DNA of 63,922 nucleotides, counting the filler, from Octopus bimaculoides (taxonomy: Eukaryota): the NCBI RefSeq assembly GCF_001194135.2. It is 4 parts of 4 records of this genome, joined end to end, with 100 filler letters (N's around TTAATTAATTAA, not from the genome) between each part and the next. Parts side by side here need not be neighbours in the genome. Positions count along the whole stretch, not along the records: positions 49,987 to 62,381 come from NC_068983.1; positions 62,482 to 63,922 come from NC_068997.1; 2 more parts are not named here. The stretch is one strand, 5' to 3'. The notes beneath the pieces are model-generated. The model did no database searches. It saw only the letters and a list, made by a program, of their open reading frames with translations, and was not told the DNA's origin. A program made the position numbers and the translations under genes. Of this stretch, positions 61,708-63,922 are shown piece after piece. The stretch's first letter is position 1, and each line of letters opens with the position of its first letter.

Positions 61708-61775
61708 GATGATGATGATGACCATAACAACGACGACGATGTTGATGATGATGATGATGATGATGATGATAATGA
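61630..61775. repeat. (TAA)n/(GAT)n trinucleotide repeats
   Basis: Directly visible. Confidence 0.95.
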
Positions 61776-62547
61776 TGGTGGTGTGGGTGATTTCTTACTA
61801 TGTTAGTCGCAGAAAGTCGATATATTGATCCTCATACTTGACTGGTATTTAATAAAAGCCGAACTCTTCCACTGAACTTGACGTCGAGTTTGAATTGGTG
61901 TTGGATAAGGAATGTGAAATAAATAAATGGCGAGAACCAATTCCATAGATGTAATTGTAGTGGCTACATTGCTTAGCACAACGTCCGGGGGATGTGTGAA
62001 AAGACAGATGGATGGATGGGTAGATGAATAGAGAGAGAGAGAAATAGAGATAAAGAAAGAGAGAGACAAGGAGAGGGACAGAGAGACAGACAAAAAAGCA
62101 GGCAGACAGACAGATATATATATATAGATAGATAACTTTCTTTTATTAGCCACACAGGGCTGCACACAGAGGGGACAAATACAACTGTAGAGTTTTTCTT
62201 TAAGAAAAAAAAAAAATCCGATCAAAAGGGATCGGTACGGGGGAAAAAAAAAGGGGTATCGTATATCACCGAAAATGTCAATTGTGTAAAATGGGGTAAC
62301 ATTAGGTTTATCCATGGAGAGAAAAGCCAACGGAAAAGACCATGGTAACCTCAGCAGGGAATAGACACATGAGAGCAAAGTNNNNNNNNNNNNNNNNNNN
62401 NNNNNNNNNNNNNNNNNNNNNNNNNTTAATTAATTAANNNNNNNNNNNNNNNNNNNNNNNNNNNNNNNNNNNNNNNNNNNNATATATATATATATATATA
62501 CTTACACCCCATACACACACATGTATGTGTATAAATATATTTAAAAG

Positions 62548-62765
62548 CCTGTGGCCGAGTGGTTAGGGTATCGTTAGATCACGGTGTTTCGGTTCCAAGA
62601 CCTGATGGAACGTTGCGTTTTTGAACAAAACTTTTCATTTCACGCTCATCAGGTCCACTCAGTTGTACATGGTTAACTCTGTGAAGTTAATAGCCTTCCG
62701 ACGGGGGGGAATGTTGGCCTGCTCACCTTGCCTGCAGGGTGACGTCTTTCGAAAGCTAAAACTGT
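62548..62765 (+). mobile_element. Decayed SINE family D
   Basis: ggccgagtggttaggg head and ttgaacaaaacttttcatttcac body. Confidence 0.6.
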
Positions 62766-63922
62766 GCGATGTATAACAACACAGTATAGTCTGGTCTATA
62801 CCGCGATACCGTCATACACATAAGCACATATACTCAGACGCACATACAGACAGAGACACGCACAAAAACACACACACACACACACACACACCTATTGTAT
62901 GCAGGCAAAAAAAGGACTAAAGAATATGTTAATGGTGATCAGTGTCATCTAGGGACATATGATAATCATTCAGGAGACGATTATAATTAGACAGAGAAAG
63001 TGAAAGTAGAAAACGAACGGGAGACAAATATGTGAATGGGAAGCGAAAGAAAATAGTAGTGTGATCGTGTATGTGTTTGTGTTTGTGTGTGTTTGTGTGT
63101 GTGTGTGTGTGCGTGCGTGTGTGTGCGTGTTTGTGTGTGTGCGTGTTTGTGTGTGTTCGTGTTTGTGTGTGTGCGTGTTTGTGTATGTACGTATTTATAT
63201 ATGTATATATAAAGATATATATACTGACGTAATATATATAGAGTGAGATAGCGATGATAGATAGATATTTAGATAGAGGGAATGAATGACAGACACAGAC
63301 AGCGCCGTCCGGCAAGGTAACATGGAAGGTGTTGAGATAATTATNNNNNNNNNNNNNNNNNNNNNNNNNNNNNNNNNNNNNNNNNNNNNNNNNNNNNNNN
63401 NNNNNNNNNNNNNNNNNNNNNNNNNNNNNNNNNNNNNNNNNNNNNNNNNNNNNNNNNNNNNNNNNNNNNNNNNNNNNNNNNNNNNNNNNNNNNNNNNNNN
63501 NNNNNNNNNNNNNNNNNNNNNNNNNNNNNNNNNNNNNNNNNNNNNNNNNNNNNNNNNNNNNNNNNNNNNNNNNNNNNNNNNNNNNNNNNNNNNNNNNNNN
63601 NNNNNNNNNNNNNNNNNNNNNNNNNNNNNNNNNNNNNNNNNNNNNNNNNNNNNNNNNNNNNNNNNNNNNNNNNNNNNNNNNNNNNNNNNNNNNNNNNNNN
63701 NNNNNNNNNNNNNNNNATATATATTTGTAAGTACTACACACACACGCACAAACATACTACATACATACACACACACACACACTTACCGACACATTAAATA
63801 TTGTTCGTTTGATGATTTTCTTACGTATTTACTTCTGAGACATTATTCATTAGATGTTGTTGTGCAATGAATAAGAGTAATATAAGAAGTAATTGGTATA
63901 TATATATAAATTTATATATATA

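Overview
Repeat-rich, gapped eukaryotic genomic DNA. The SINE families and microsatellite load point to an octopus genome (inference from recognition, not a search). Two protein-coding genes can be spliced by hand. (1) Minus strand: the last four coding exons of IFT88 (23092-23198, 21385-21451, 17033-17164, 6839-6957). They encode ...LKFLTKISADLGLPDAQEYATKLKK...DATYTDPLGPQAERPKTAARRREVEDEFADEEIEDLLPE*. (2) Plus strand: a complete three-exon Ly6/uPAR (three-finger) gene (31347-31410, 38641-38792, 45974-46213; 151 aa) with a signal peptide, 12 domain cysteines, a CCxxxxCN motif and a hydrophobic tail. No further IFT88 exon was found between 23.2 and 63.9 kb, so the Ly6 gene appears nested antisense in a large IFT88 intron, subject to the scaffold gaps. 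The rest is transposon debris: mariner/Tc1, L1/Tx1-like, RTE, RLE-type (R4/Dong-like) LINEs, Helitron, MITEs and four SINE families. Less obvious signals include several decayed minimal hammerhead ribozymes in tandem/direct repeats (retrozyme/Penelope-like), a ~775 bp near-perfect palindrome, several smaller foldback hairpins and an orphan C2H2 finger. Most long ORFs in the supplied track are microsatellite or N-gap artefacts.
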